Shown piece after piece: positions 48,156 to 60,545 of a DNA stretch of 64,000 nucleotides. The DNA lies in assembly GCA_001643675.2 (NCBI GenBank), contig LSRY02000031.1:620001-684000 (forward strand). The letters run 5' to 3'. Position numbers and translations under genes: made by a program. Source of the DNA: Monocercomonoides exilis PA203 (lineage: Eukaryota > Protista > Preaxostyla). Each line of letters opens with the position of its first letter. Positions within the stretch are counted from its first letter, which is position 1. The notes beneath the pieces are model-generated. The model did not search any database, was not told the DNA's origin, and worked only from the letters and a program-made list of their open reading frames with translations.

Positions 48156-50470
48156 TGTTTACTATTTCATCTAACGCTTGATGAATTCGATGAAACGAAT
48201 AAAATGAATGGAAATTTGATGGACTAATAAAGGAAAGGGAAAAAATTGAATAATAACTATTATCAACAAATTGGTTTCAATAGTTTTGTTTTCCTATCAT
48301 TTTTTCTGTTCTTCTTATGAACTTTCTCTTTGCAATGTTTAATTTTGTCAATAATGAATTTTCAATTTTTTTTTCCTTTTGAAGTTTTATTTATTCGTTA
48401 AAAGTTAATTTAAATTAAACTTGATCAAAAAATTCTTTTTAATGAAAAAAGGTATGGATTATTGTTTAAGAAAATTAAACAAATAAATGTTTTATCAATA
48501 CATGCTGAATACCCATGAAAAATCAATTCTTGTTATCAGAATAAAAAAAACTATTTGATCAATAAATACCACTATAGATTTTATTTTTTCGATTTTTGAT
48601 CTTTTTTTATGATTTCAAAAAAAATCACCCATATCTTATTCTTCTTTTCTTCATCGTTTCCAATCCTTCGCTTTTATTTTGCTCTGCTTCTTCTTCTGCT
48701 CCATTTTCATTGCCTGCTGAAACTTTTTCATCCATCATCTCTTTTCTCTTTTTCTCAACCACAGGTATTTGTGCACCTTTTTCTTTCTAATGGTGTTTCT
48801 CTATTGGAGAAAAATCACCAAATACGCTTTTCTTCAGATCTGTTGAGGACAAATGTGAAGAAGACGATGTTTTATATGACGAAGCTGAACCGCACAATTT
48901 GGATGAAACAGGAGCATCTGCAACAGGATGAACTCCAGTGTTCAAAAATGAAGAGATTTTAGTAAACGGAAAAGTTGCAGCCTATAAAGATTCTAACAAC
49001 ACTTCTACCAAAGCTTTTCGATTTGATAAATTGAAAAGTTTCCAGGTCGAACAAATGAATTCTTTATTTTTTTTTCAAATACCTAATTGTCACATTGTTG
49101 CAAAATGTGTGCCAAATGTGTGATTGTTTTTAATATCATATTTTTTCTTTCAAAATTTTCGGTTCGAAAATTTGTCTTTCATTACAACTTTAAAACAATG
49201 AATAATAAAAGGGGTTAATAAACCATATTTATTATTATTTGAGCAAAAGTATATTTTTTTAAAAACAGTTGTGGCAAATACTCAAATTGAAGATAAAACC
49301 TCTTTCCATCGACAAACAACCTTTGAATAATTAGCACCCCCATAAAAGTTATGAATTTTAAAAAAAAATCACCCAAATAATAAATTTTTTATTAAAATTT
49401 TTTGGTTCAAATATCAATTGATGATTATTTATAAATGAACACTGAAAAAATTGGATATATTCAATGATTCTTTAACTCCTTTGTCTATTCTAACTTTGAC
49501 TTTTGCAATAATTATCATGCATTCAACATTAGTGTATTTTTTATTTGACAAATGACGAAAAACCTTTAAATATTCTTCACACAGAAAAAAGTAATAATTT
49601 GGTTAATAATCATTTATTTTCAATAAGAAGCATTTGAAATATAGCAATTTCGATTAAAATTGTTGAAAGAAATACTGAGCTGCTCTTATTGATAGATTTT
49701 AGAAATTTTAAAGTTTTCAATGAACAAAAATTGAAAATGCAAAAATTCTTGAACATCATCAGAAACAATGGATAGTGGAGAAATCTGAACGACAGTTGAC
49801 GGCTGTATCAAGATCACAGACTTTTTTATTAATCACACAAATGAAAACATATATGAGTTGTTTTCATTGTTTACGAAATTGGTGAATTCATTGAAATGAA
49901 ACCATCAACGGTTATCGAGAAAACGTCATGATCCTAATTTTTTTATTGCACTCCTGAATGAACAAAAACAAAACAAATTGGTCTTTGATTTTTGTGAAAA
50001 TACAACTTTTGCATTATTTTCAAAAAAAAATACTAAGATTTTTTGTTTTTGATCAAATTTCAGTTCCTATTCATGAAATTAAAATAGAATGGTTTTCATT
50101 GCTTCAGAAAGATAATAAATCCATATAGAAAAAAATTAAGAATGTGAGATATTTTATTTTATAAAATATTGAGAAATTCTTTTATTTTGATAAATCAAAC
50201 AGAAGTGATTTTTTTTTTAAAAAAAAATTATTTCTATTTCTTTGACATGAAAATGAAATTTTCATATCAAAACTTATTTATTTTCAGTGTTTGTTTTTAT
50301 TTTCAAGTGCAACCGCTCAGACAAAAAATTAATATTAAAATTGCACACACATTTGTACAAACAAATTAAAAAGCTCGTGGAAAAAGCACTATAACAGAAT
50401 GATAAATAATAATCGATTTGTGTATCAATAACAACAATAAACATTTTGAAAAAATTTGTAATAATCAGAA

Positions 50471-50472
<2 letters not shown>

Positions 50473-50547
<75 letters not shown>

Positions 50548-50556
50548 GGTGTGTGT
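50473..50556. repeat. poly(T) followed by (TG)n microsatellite
   Basis: Directly visible. Confidence 0.9.
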
Positions 50557-50730
50557 GAAATTCTTCATTTTACAAATTTTGACAAACGCTGTCATCTGAC
50601 AATAATCAAATATTAACACTTGAATCACACAACACAGGTTAGTCGTATCATTAATTAAAAATTTTTAATCCATTTCGAAATTGTTTTTTTATTTTCGGAT
50701 TTGTATAATTTTTGGTTTCTATTCAACAAT

Positions 50731-51495
50731 TACACCAAAAATTATTCAAAATGAGAATTTTTGCATTCAAAAAAAAAATGGACAAAATATTTGACTTCAG
50801 GCATTTTCATTGAAAAATTATGCATCTTCGATGAACTTTTTGTGATCAAAATTTTTGAAATAAATGGGTTTATTTTTTTAAATACGTCTGAGGAAGCAAA
50901 ACATAATGTTATTATATCAATGATGTTTGTTTACAGATATGAAAATCAAATTTATTTTGAAATCTGGGAAAGTTTAAAAATGTTATAAGTGTGACAATTT
51001 TTTCTTGCTTTGTGCATAAAAATCTTGAAAGTCCGTATTCTCCCCCAAATTGCATTCAAAATAATAATTTTGCAAACAAAATGAGAACTTTTGTGTTCAA
51101 AATGGAAAAATTACTAACGAATTGATAATTTTTTCAAATGAAATAATAATTTTTGCATTCGAATTAATAATTGTTGCAAACATAACAACAATTTATTCGC
51201 ACTCTCACCAAATTTTGTGAAAATCAGTTTGCCACTTTTGAATCAGAAATAATTTTGTGTTATCATTATTTTCTTTCACGGAAGAAAAATTTTTGAAATT
51301 TTTTATACTCTGACAAAAATATTAATAATTTCAAATAATTTTTATTCATATGAAAACATAAGTTATTTTCATTTTGAATGCAAAAATTTTTATTTTGTTT
51401 GAAAAATTATTATTATGAATGAAATTTTTATTTATTCGTTTGCAAAATTATTAATTCGACTGCAAAAATTCTCATTTTGAATAATTTTTTATGTA
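50731..51495. mobile_element. AT-rich MITE/foldback element with ~35 bp TIRs and subterminal repeats, containing a piece of the 205-480 repeat family
   Basis: TACACCAAAAATTATTCAAAATGAGAATTTTTGCA at 50731 versus TGCAAAAATTCTCATTTTGAATAATTTTTTATGTA ending at 51495. Confidence 0.65.
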
Positions 51496-51615
51496 TAATA
51501 AGTTGAATTGAAAAAATAATTTATCACTTTTATATTAAAATCCTTTGTATATTTCATAAAAAATAAACTATTTATCATTAATCAGAATTATTTTTGAAAT
51601 TCAAATCTATTACCT

Positions 51616-54600
51616 TCACAAATCTTTTGGTGATTTCTCATTTTTATATTCATCTTCCTCTTCGATATCCATTTCCCCCGTTTTTGAGGACTTTGCTGCT
51701 TTTTCGTTATCTTCCTTTGCAACTCTCTTCTTCACCACAACCACACCCTCACATATGTCGGATATTGGTTCCCCTATCAAATACATCCATGAAAATAAAA
51801 AAGAAACCATAGAGAAGGATGAAAGGAGGAAATGAGATATTATAAAAATATGTGTAAAAGAAAAGCGCATTTCATCGTATTTATGATTACAGAAAATTCA
51901 TTGAATAAAGAAAAATCAGATTTCCATTTAAAAAAATAAAGAAAAGGATATTAAATATACACACATTCGAGATCTGTGATTTCTATTCGCTGCCCTGCCT
52001 GAAGCACAACAGGAGATGTCATTGTTTGGAATCCTGTCACAACATTAGGTTTACCAGGCTAATCATAAAATATTTCAATACATTTTTCGAATGATAAATA
52101 AAAAAAAAACGATAAGAAAGAAATCACAAAGAAAGGAGGTTTTAAATGGAATAATCACTCCATAATTTTTCGAGAAAGAAAATGAAGCACACAAGTCCAG
52201 CAACATCTGTTGCCTGTCCAATTCTGAGTGAAACCTCTTTGCTCATATTGTCATCGCCTACGACAGTCATGCATCTTGTCCTGATGGCTGGATAAAGTGT
52301 GTACAGAAGGAATTGATGATGTGCCAGAAGATCTGATAGATTGCACAAATAATAAATATAATTCAAGTAAAAATTAGATGCAAATGCATTTGAAAGAAGA
52401 AGAAGAAAGAAAGAAAGAAAGTGAGTAAGTAAGAAAACAAAAGAAAAAAAATTTTTTTGAAAAGGGAAAATTGCAATTATAATTATTTAACTATTATAAA
52501 TAGCAATCAAACAATCAGATGTATGTGCAATAACGTGTGCAAAAGTGATAAGTCCAACAAGACCAGGGCGGCAAACGAGATGGCCGTCCATCATCAGAGG
52601 AGACAATGTTAGTGTTCCTTTGCCCAGATGAACCAAAGCCTGAAGCAAAAAGAAAGAATTGAACAAATTGAAAAAAAGATGAAGAGGAATGGAAGAAAGA
52701 TTTCATTAATCGAATACAATGCATTCAGATTAATTGAATAAGAAATTTAAAATGATTGAAGCAAAAAGAACCAATAAAAAATAGAAGGAGAAAAATATTT
52801 ATATACATTTATTTATTCTCCATAATAATTACATTTTCACACCTGTCCAATCCTGCAAATAAACAAGAGTTTTGCGTCCTTCGCATGATACGCCGACAGT
52901 TCTCTGAACAGCTTGGCTGTGGCGCCATTGTTCGTCCCAGCCGCCATAATGCCCAGCCCCAACATTGCTGAGTAGCAGACATCTTTCGAAGCATCGTGTG
53001 TCATTCGAGACAAAAAGGGAAGTGCACCAAGAGTCGGATTTCCAACAGACAGAACTCCCAATGCAATGGGAATCCATTTTTTCATTTCAGGTGTACCATA
53101 TCTGATTGTAGAAGTATTCAGAAAATTGATATTGAAAAAAAAAAAAATAAATAATAAATAAATTATCAATTAAATGTATTTGTCACAGCAAATAGCCAAT
53201 CACACTGTATCATTCTTTCAAAGTGCCTAAGCGCCATTTCTGTTCCAATCTTTTCGCCCATCGCAACAAGCGCTACACCCAACACAGCTGATTCTTTGTG
53301 AGGCTCTACGCACATCTCAAGCATGTGCTGTATGACAAGCACATTTCCTGTTCCAGCATACGCACACGCCTCGATCTAAGCGGAGATGAAAAGTGAATTT
53401 GAAAAATAAACAGTTCAAAATTTACAGAAAAATCATAAAAAAATTTCTTTTGCTGATTTCAAAAAAGGAATAGTCAAACTGCAATTGCTGTGTAATCTCT
53501 TACTCCTTCTGGAAGGTCTTTGCAGTCTTCGATCGTTTTCTGAGCAGTACTGCCCGTCTGCAAGTAAACAAGCCCCAGCGCAACAGAGATGAGTGGAAGT
53601 GTGATGTGTTCTGAGGCACCTCGGCTGTTGAGAACTTGGAAAATGGCTTGCTCAATCTGAAAATTGAAGAATGAAAAAGATGGATGATTTAAATAGTTTG
53701 TTGTTTGTGTGTTGTTTAGAAATAATTTGTGAGGAGGAAAAAAATGCAGAGAATGAGAAAGAAGGAAATTTTAAGACGAAAATGAAAATATAATTAAGCG
53801 ATCAAATAATGACATCCAGTTTTATTTCCCTTTAAAATAGCAATCGATAACATCCATCCATCAACATACAGCGTCGTTTGCAGTGCCGGCAAACACCATT
53901 CCACACGAAAGAGCAGACATCGCAACAACTTCCATGTTCTCTTCTGGATCCATCAGAGGCTCTGGTAACATATCAAGCTCGACACGTGCAGTGCATGAAT
54001 AAGCTATGCCCAATCTGATTGGAAAAGCAATGAAAATAAATATATTTATTGAAAAATTATGAATTGACAAATCAAATATAAAAATGGCGTTAGCAAATCG
54101 TTTATACGGGAAAAAAAGGAGAATGAAGATAAATAAATTTCTTTATAAAAAATAAAATGATATATTTTTTACAAACCCCAAATAAGCGCAGCATCTCTGA
54201 AGTGTGTCTTCGTCGCTCAGATGATCCTGAAGCAGCCCAAATGCTGTGTCGAACTCATTGCACACGCCCGCAGACATCACCCCAACGCCCAGCAACGCCC
54301 CGGCCTTTGCGAAGGGGTTATCAGAGTAGTTGTAGATGTCAATGGACGACGAGCCAGTCTCCACATCCCACAGCATGATGCTCCCGATGGCTGCAACTGC
54401 ACATGTGATCCCAGCTTCCTTGTGGCGGAACACCCAATCGCTCTCTATTAAAGTTATTTTTGAAAAAGTCGCAAATAAAAATGACAGTTAGTAATTATCA
54501 TTTGAAATTATTGAGAAACTTGAAAATAAAAGCAAGTTTATTTAAAATATTATGAAACGTAACCTTCTTTCAAAATGAGTGTATCAGTGCCGAATCCGCA

Positions 54601-55355
54601 GTTTACGATTGCTGAAACAAACGTTTTTGCAAGATTTTCCAAAATAGAATCCACTTGAGCAGGTGGATCGAATCCAGCCATATCTTGCGAAATTGAGAAT
54701 ATTTGCAAAGACAAAAAAAAAAAAAGAAAAGAAAAATCCCATTTATATAAAAATTCTACAACAAAATTAAAAAAGAGAGAGATACTTCTAGTCTCTACAA
54801 GATGTGTTTTGAACACATCTTCTGGAGATTTTGGCTCCAACACATCCAAGAATTCAGCGTTCTGATCGGAAACAATTTATCTTCAAAAAAAGTCTGTACA
54901 AACAATAGAATACATACTTTCAAGTGCAAGCTAGATCTCAAAGATCCTGACATTATTTCATGGGATTGGAAGTCCTGATGAATATTTGCGTAAATACAAT
55001 TTTTAACAGAATAACTTCGGGAAAATGAATCCTAAAGTGCATCGCATACTGGAATACGCTGTTGGGTTTCTGCCATAACAAAAGCAAGTTGCCTCTCTTC
55101 TGGAGATCCAACCTCGACTTTTGAGTAGACTTCCTCCAAAAGTTTGACATCGTGTAATTTCATTGCAATAACAATGGCGTATGTTAAATGGTCTGTTTTT
55201 AATGCGAGACGATAAAGTGAACGCCATTTTTCTTCATCTTCTCCCTCTGCCAAGTAACGAAACAATTCAGAAAAATAAAAAAATACACGTGGAAATGACG
55301 CGTGGTCTGTCACCAGTTCGTCGAGCTTATTCTCGTACTCGTCCAAATCTGTCAT
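51616..55355 (-). CDS. RPN1: 26S proteasome regulatory subunit RPN1/PSMD2 (many exons), apparently lacking the N-terminal ~200 aa
   Basis: EPKSPEDVFKTHL, DSILENLAKTFVSAIVNCGFGTD, IGSIMLWDVETG, AYAGTGNVL, AMGEKIGTEMALR, GTNNGATAKLFRELSAYH, LRIGQATDVAG, VTGFQTMTSPVVL. Confidence 0.92.
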
Positions 55356-55496
55356 GACAATTCTACTGTTTATAGTATTTTTAATACAAGAATGATGAAC
55401 AATTGAACAGCCGACGAGTAGCAAACCTGAAATAAACCTAACAATATTATTGTAACCATTATTTATTTTGTTTTTCCAAAAAGCCTTAAAGCCTTC

Positions 55497-55928
55497 ATGT
55501 TTGAAGAACAAATACTATCATCAGAGAAGTCCAAGCAAACAGCTGCTAAGTGGATGTGGATATTTGGATTTTTTTTCATGCCATGGGCCTGGGGAATGTG
55601 TGCTCTGTGCTTTAGAAAATATTGGTTCAGTGTGAAGTATCCAAAAATGAGATTCTGTTTGCCTTTTTTTGAAAACATAAAATAAAAATCCTTTATATCA
55701 ATCACCACAAAATATTTTTCAACTTGATGATATTTATTGATTGCTTTTATGTTTTTAATGATAAAACTCCAAAATTTGTTAGACGTTCGATTCTCGTTCT
55801 GGGGTTTTTTAATTGAATCTATAATTGTACTCGCTTGGTTTATTACATATCTTTGTGTATATCCGCATGCTGGAAACGGATTTCAATCGTTTTCTGTAAT
55901 TCACACAAAAATTAGTCTTTTCGAATAA
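55497..55928 (+). CDS. PEN2: Gamma-secretase subunit PEN-2 (presenilin enhancer 2); exons 55497-55656 and 55783-55928, 101 aa
   Basis: Spliced MFEEQILSSEKSKQTAAKWMWIFGFFFMPWAW...YVRFSFWGFLIESIIVLAWFITY parallels PEN-2 GFAFLPFLW...YVWRSAVGFLFWVIVLTSWITIF; typical length. Confidence 0.8.
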
Positions 55929-56374
55929 TGCCATCTTGATGTTGAATTTTTTCATTTGTTTTGTGTTTGCGAAAGGTTTATAACATGTAATCATTTCACA
56001 TTGAACATATTATGAATTTTATTTTTATGCAAATACTTTTTCCAATACAAAGAGAATAAATTTTAGTTATTTTTATTAGATGTTTCGTTCATCTTAGAAC
56101 TGCGAAGTTTGTTATTGAAAAATGGAATCACGTCATTGATATTTATGAAATATATCCTGTGAAAAATTTATCCAACATTTTTATTTTGAAAAAATTAATA
56201 TTGTTGATGTTGCTAAAAGAAAAATTCCATATTGAACAGACCTTGCAGCATAAAAAATTAAAAGTTTCTATTTGGAAAAGATATGAATAACTTTTCTGAG
56301 ATTGTAAAAAAATGTGAATTATTCAAAGCGTGATGGGCTAAGATCGATTGAATATCTACTTACTTTCTTTAACC

Positions 56375-58743
56375 ATGGGATGGAAAAAAGGTTAGCGTAT
56401 TTTTATGCTTATTATGTAATTATAGTGTTTCTTTAGGTGACACTCAAGTTGCACTGCAGTATTCTCTCGCAAGAGTGAAGAAACTAATTCCTGGAGTTTG
56501 TTTTACCGTTTCATTTCTATTTCAACAATTTTTTAAGAAAAATGCAGTTGCAGAGCGTAGCAAAAGAGAGGTTATTGCTCTTTTGAAGGAAGGAAAGATG
56601 GAAATTGCACGCATTCGAGTTTGACATTTTTTGGTTTTTCATAAAAATTTCAAGCTTTTTCAACCTTTTTAAGATCGAAACGATGATGAAAGAACGAAAA
56701 GAATCTGAGGGATATCAGATTTTGGAGATATATTTGGAAAAATTTTTGGCCAGACTCGATTTTCTTTCAACACAAAAAGTGATTCCACCCGACATGGTTG
56801 AGAGCATTTGTGGGTTTGAAATTTGTTGAGAATATAATTGCTTTAATTTGTTATTAATTTGTTTTTAAGGATTGTGTATTTAACAAATCGAGTGGAAGTT
56901 ACTTACTTGACAGAAGTCAAAAAACAAGTTGAAAGGCAATTTGGAAAAGAAATTATGAATAGGATCATGATGGGTGATGAAACTTTGGTTAACAAACGGC
57001 TTATGATGAAGTTTTCCGTTCAACCGCCTGATGGCGAATCTGTTTTGGCTGAACTTGAAAAAATATCAAAAGAAAATGGCATTCCATTTGAAAGTCCATC
57101 AAGCCTTGCTGCGGAATGGGGTATATCAGAATCGACGAAATCAGATGACGAAACAAATTCAGTGCCTGTAGCAGATGAAGATCCCGCACATTCAAAAGCC
57201 TCTGCTTCGGCTTCAGCATCAGACCGGATTCCTTGCTCTCCATCTGTTGCTCCTGAAGCCAATACACAGCAGCCCCTGCAAATGCAATCACAGCCACAAA
57301 TGCCGCAACCCGCAAACCCCTGTCAAATTGCGAACTATCCTGTCATCCCTCCACAGCCCATGTCACAGCCGTTTCCCGCTCTGTTTGCCCCGTCTCAGTC
57401 GCAAATGCCACCTCAGATGCAAATTCCTATGCAGTCTCAGGTGCCGCAGCCGACGTTCATTCCTGGCCAGCAGCCTTTCATGATGCACCCGGCGTCGCCT
57501 GAGGCAATCTTCGGAGGAGCTGCTGCTGCCATGTTTGTCCCTCCCCAGTTCGCTCAATCTCCTTCTTCTTCCTCTTCCTCTTCTTCTTCTTCCTCCTCCT
57601 CCTCCTCTTCTTCTTCTGATCCAATGCAGTCCCAGCAGCCCCTCAGCATGCAGACGTATCAGAGTGCTGTGCCCCTGTCGTCGTATGGCCCGATGGGCGG
57701 CAGCGGCACAGTGAATGACCCGTATGTGCCTCAGACAGGAGGAAGCCCTCTGGCTTCTTTGCCTTTTCAACAGCAGAATCAGCAGAATTTGATGGCGACG
57801 AGTGAGAAAGAGGAGCCGGCGGTGCCCAACCCGACTGGGTATGCACAGCCGCCCAGTCAGTTTGGGGGGATTGTCGGTGGAATTGGAGGAATTAGCAACG
57901 CATTTGCATCAGCCCCGTTGTCTGATTCTTGTTTTTATTCACCTTCCTCTTCTTCTTCCTCTTCCTCTTCTGATTCATCATCATCTTCCTCTTCCTCTTC
58001 TTCCTCATCGAATGCTGATGTGGATCTATCAACAGAAGGGGACGAGCTGATGAGGCGGATGCAGAGTTTGATATCAGCCAACCCAACTGTGCCCTTGTCA
58101 ACGAATGACATGATGCCTCAGCCATATCCAGAGGAAGGGAAAGAAGGCAATCAAAGCTCTTCTTCTTCTTCTTCTTCTTCTTCTTCTTCACTTCCTCCTC
58201 CACCTTCTTCTTCTTCAGATTATACTTTTGTTGATCTTGCCTCAGGAATGCCAGGCGCTTCTTCAGATGTCTATGCTCATCCACAAGAACAATCAGAAAG
58301 CTTGCCACAAAACACACAAAACACACAAGGATCACAAGAACAGCCGATGATGCAGTCTATTTATTCGCCAGAGGCCTATCAGAATGTGCCATCCTCCACA
58401 AATTCGACAGCAACAGTTGAAGGAGGAGAGGAAAGAAGAGACGAAGAAAGAGCAAAAGAAGAACCAAGCACTGGAGAAGTTCATGATGGAATGCAATCTG
58501 GCAGTGGATTTGGATACGGACAGCAGCCAGCAAATGAAAAGTTTGATTCTAATTTTTCTTGATTTTTCTTATTTTTTCTAAATTTTTATTGCATTTCTAA
58601 TAATTCTGATGCATTTAATACTATTTTTTCTTTTTATTCTTCTGATATATCTTATTCATCCAATTTTCTGATTTCCTTTTCCCAATATTTCTGATTCTTC
58701 TTATTTTTCAATTATTTCAATAACCTTCTCTCTCCCTCTCTCT

Positions 58744-58784
<41 letters not shown>

Positions 58785-59100
58785 TCTCTCTCTCTTTACA
58801 TTCAGTGAGTCCAATCCATTCAATGCTGATCATCTCTTCCACTCTGAGCCACACGCATACCCACAAGCACCCGATCCATATGTTGCCCCTCATCTTCAGG
58901 AATATTCCTATCCCTCTCAATCAATGCAAAATGAACAAAATGAACAATATCAGCAGTATCAGCAGCATCAGCAGCATCAACAGCAGAGGCAGCAGCAGTA
59001 TTACATGAGCGGGGGAATATCGTCAATGGACTCCTCGTTGGAAGAGCTGTACCGGCAGGCTGGAAGCTCGGCGAACCCGAACCAGCCGCCGGCGTTGTGA
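56375..59100 (+). CDS. IST1: ESCRT-III-associated IST1 homolog; exons 56375-56390, 56437-56495, 56538-56618, 56674-56813, 56870-58540, 58806-59100
   Basis: KREVIALLKEGKMEIARIRIETMM, ILEIYLEKFLARL, VNKRLMMKFSVQPP..LEKISKENGIPF; Pro/Gln/Ser-rich tail; frame-consistent GT-AG introns. Confidence 0.88.
58726..58795. repeat. (CT)n microsatellite forming the polypyrimidine tract of the last IST1 intron
   Basis: Directly visible just before the CAG acceptor ending at 58805. Confidence 0.8.
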
Positions 59101-59666
59101 TAAGTCAGAACAGTAAAATTAATAATAATAATGTTAATAATGATGATGATAATGATAATGATCATAATAATAATAATAATGATAAAAATTATAAACCATT
59201 ATCCTTATCCACTGCCACCACGTCATATGGATTAAGCTTTTTTTGCTAATGGCATTCTTTTGATTCTTTATTTTTATTTTTTTATTGATTTCGTTTCTAA
59301 ACATCATATTTTCTATTAACTATCCATTTTTTTTACCTTTTTGAATTTGTTTTGGAGAATTCCTATAATTTGAATAAATATTTCTTTCCATTATTTTTTA
59401 CTTAAATAATTGGTATATTTTGAGACGGTTTTTGAATTATCACCATCATTGGCTTTCATTTCCATTATCTAACAAAATGAAAAATATTTTTTGAGGAAAT
59501 CAACAATCATAAATATTATTTTGTGTCATATCGCTTCATTCTTAACAATGCTCAATAAATGATAATTTTTTTGTTTCTTTATTTTAAAACATAAAGCTTT
59601 AACACATTTTTCTTAATTATGATTAGATTTTTGATCCCAATAATTAGCCCACAATTAAATTATAAA

Positions 59667-60182
59667 ATGTCTTCATCTCCAACTTCTCCTTCGAATAATG
59701 ATTCAAATGAATTTGAAAATCCTCTTCAACCAGAAAAGAGAAAGAGAATGAAGGCTGCTGAAGATATTGAACCGGATCCAGAAGAACCAGAAGTGCCACC
59801 AAAAAGAAAGGAACCAGATGTCTGGGAGGTTTGCAGCTTTTAAAGTTGTTTATATTTCTGAAAATTTTTACATAATATATGATTTCTTATGTTATTGATT
59901 TTCTTTTCATTTTTATTTTCGAAGCTTGGCAATCAAAAACGAATTTCAATATCTGAGTTCAAAGGAAAATACTATGTTGATATAAGAGGTAATTTTCATC
60001 TTTCATTTATATTTTCACTTATTTTTATTAATGTTTTGACGAATGAACCAGAGTTTTATACTGATCCTGCAGGAGATCTCAAGCCAGGAAGAAAAGGAAT
60101 ATCTCTCAAGCCAGAGCAATGGGATCTTTTATTATCCTACGCAACAGAAGTTAATCAAGCTCTCAAGAAAAAACAACGTTAA
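59667..60182 (+). CDS. SUB1: Transcriptional coactivator PC4/Sub1 (ssDNA-binding); exons 59667-59828, 59925-59988, 60052-60182
   Basis: LGNQKRISISEFKGKYYVDIREFYTD..GDLKPGRKGISLKPEQW. Confidence 0.92.
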
Positions 60183-60545
60183 TTTTAACAAATTATTTTT
60201 GAAATTAATTTTGAAATTGTCATCTGTCGTCATCATTCTTTTAAATTGCATTTTCAGCTTCATTTTCCATTTCTCTATTCAACTTTCCTATTTGAGTATT
60301 GCTCTATGTATTTTTCATGCTTTTCTTAATGTTTCTTTGAATATCTTATTTTTAATCCATTTCAAATTTTAAAACTTTTATAGTATATCAAAGGATCAAA
60401 GATCAATAAAGAATTTGTTTTAATTCAAAAATTGCTGTTATTGCAAAATACTTTAAATTTTGTTTTGAAAAACAATTGCAATTGTACTGGTTTGCTTCAA
60501 TATTGAAAATTTAATGTTTTATATTTGTTCATAAATACTGAAAAG

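Noticed and set aside
51050-51470. Short spaced repeats that might suggest a CRISPR-like array
   Set aside because: Degenerate AT-rich subrepeats in both orientations without unique spacers; eukaryotic MITE context and no cas genes.
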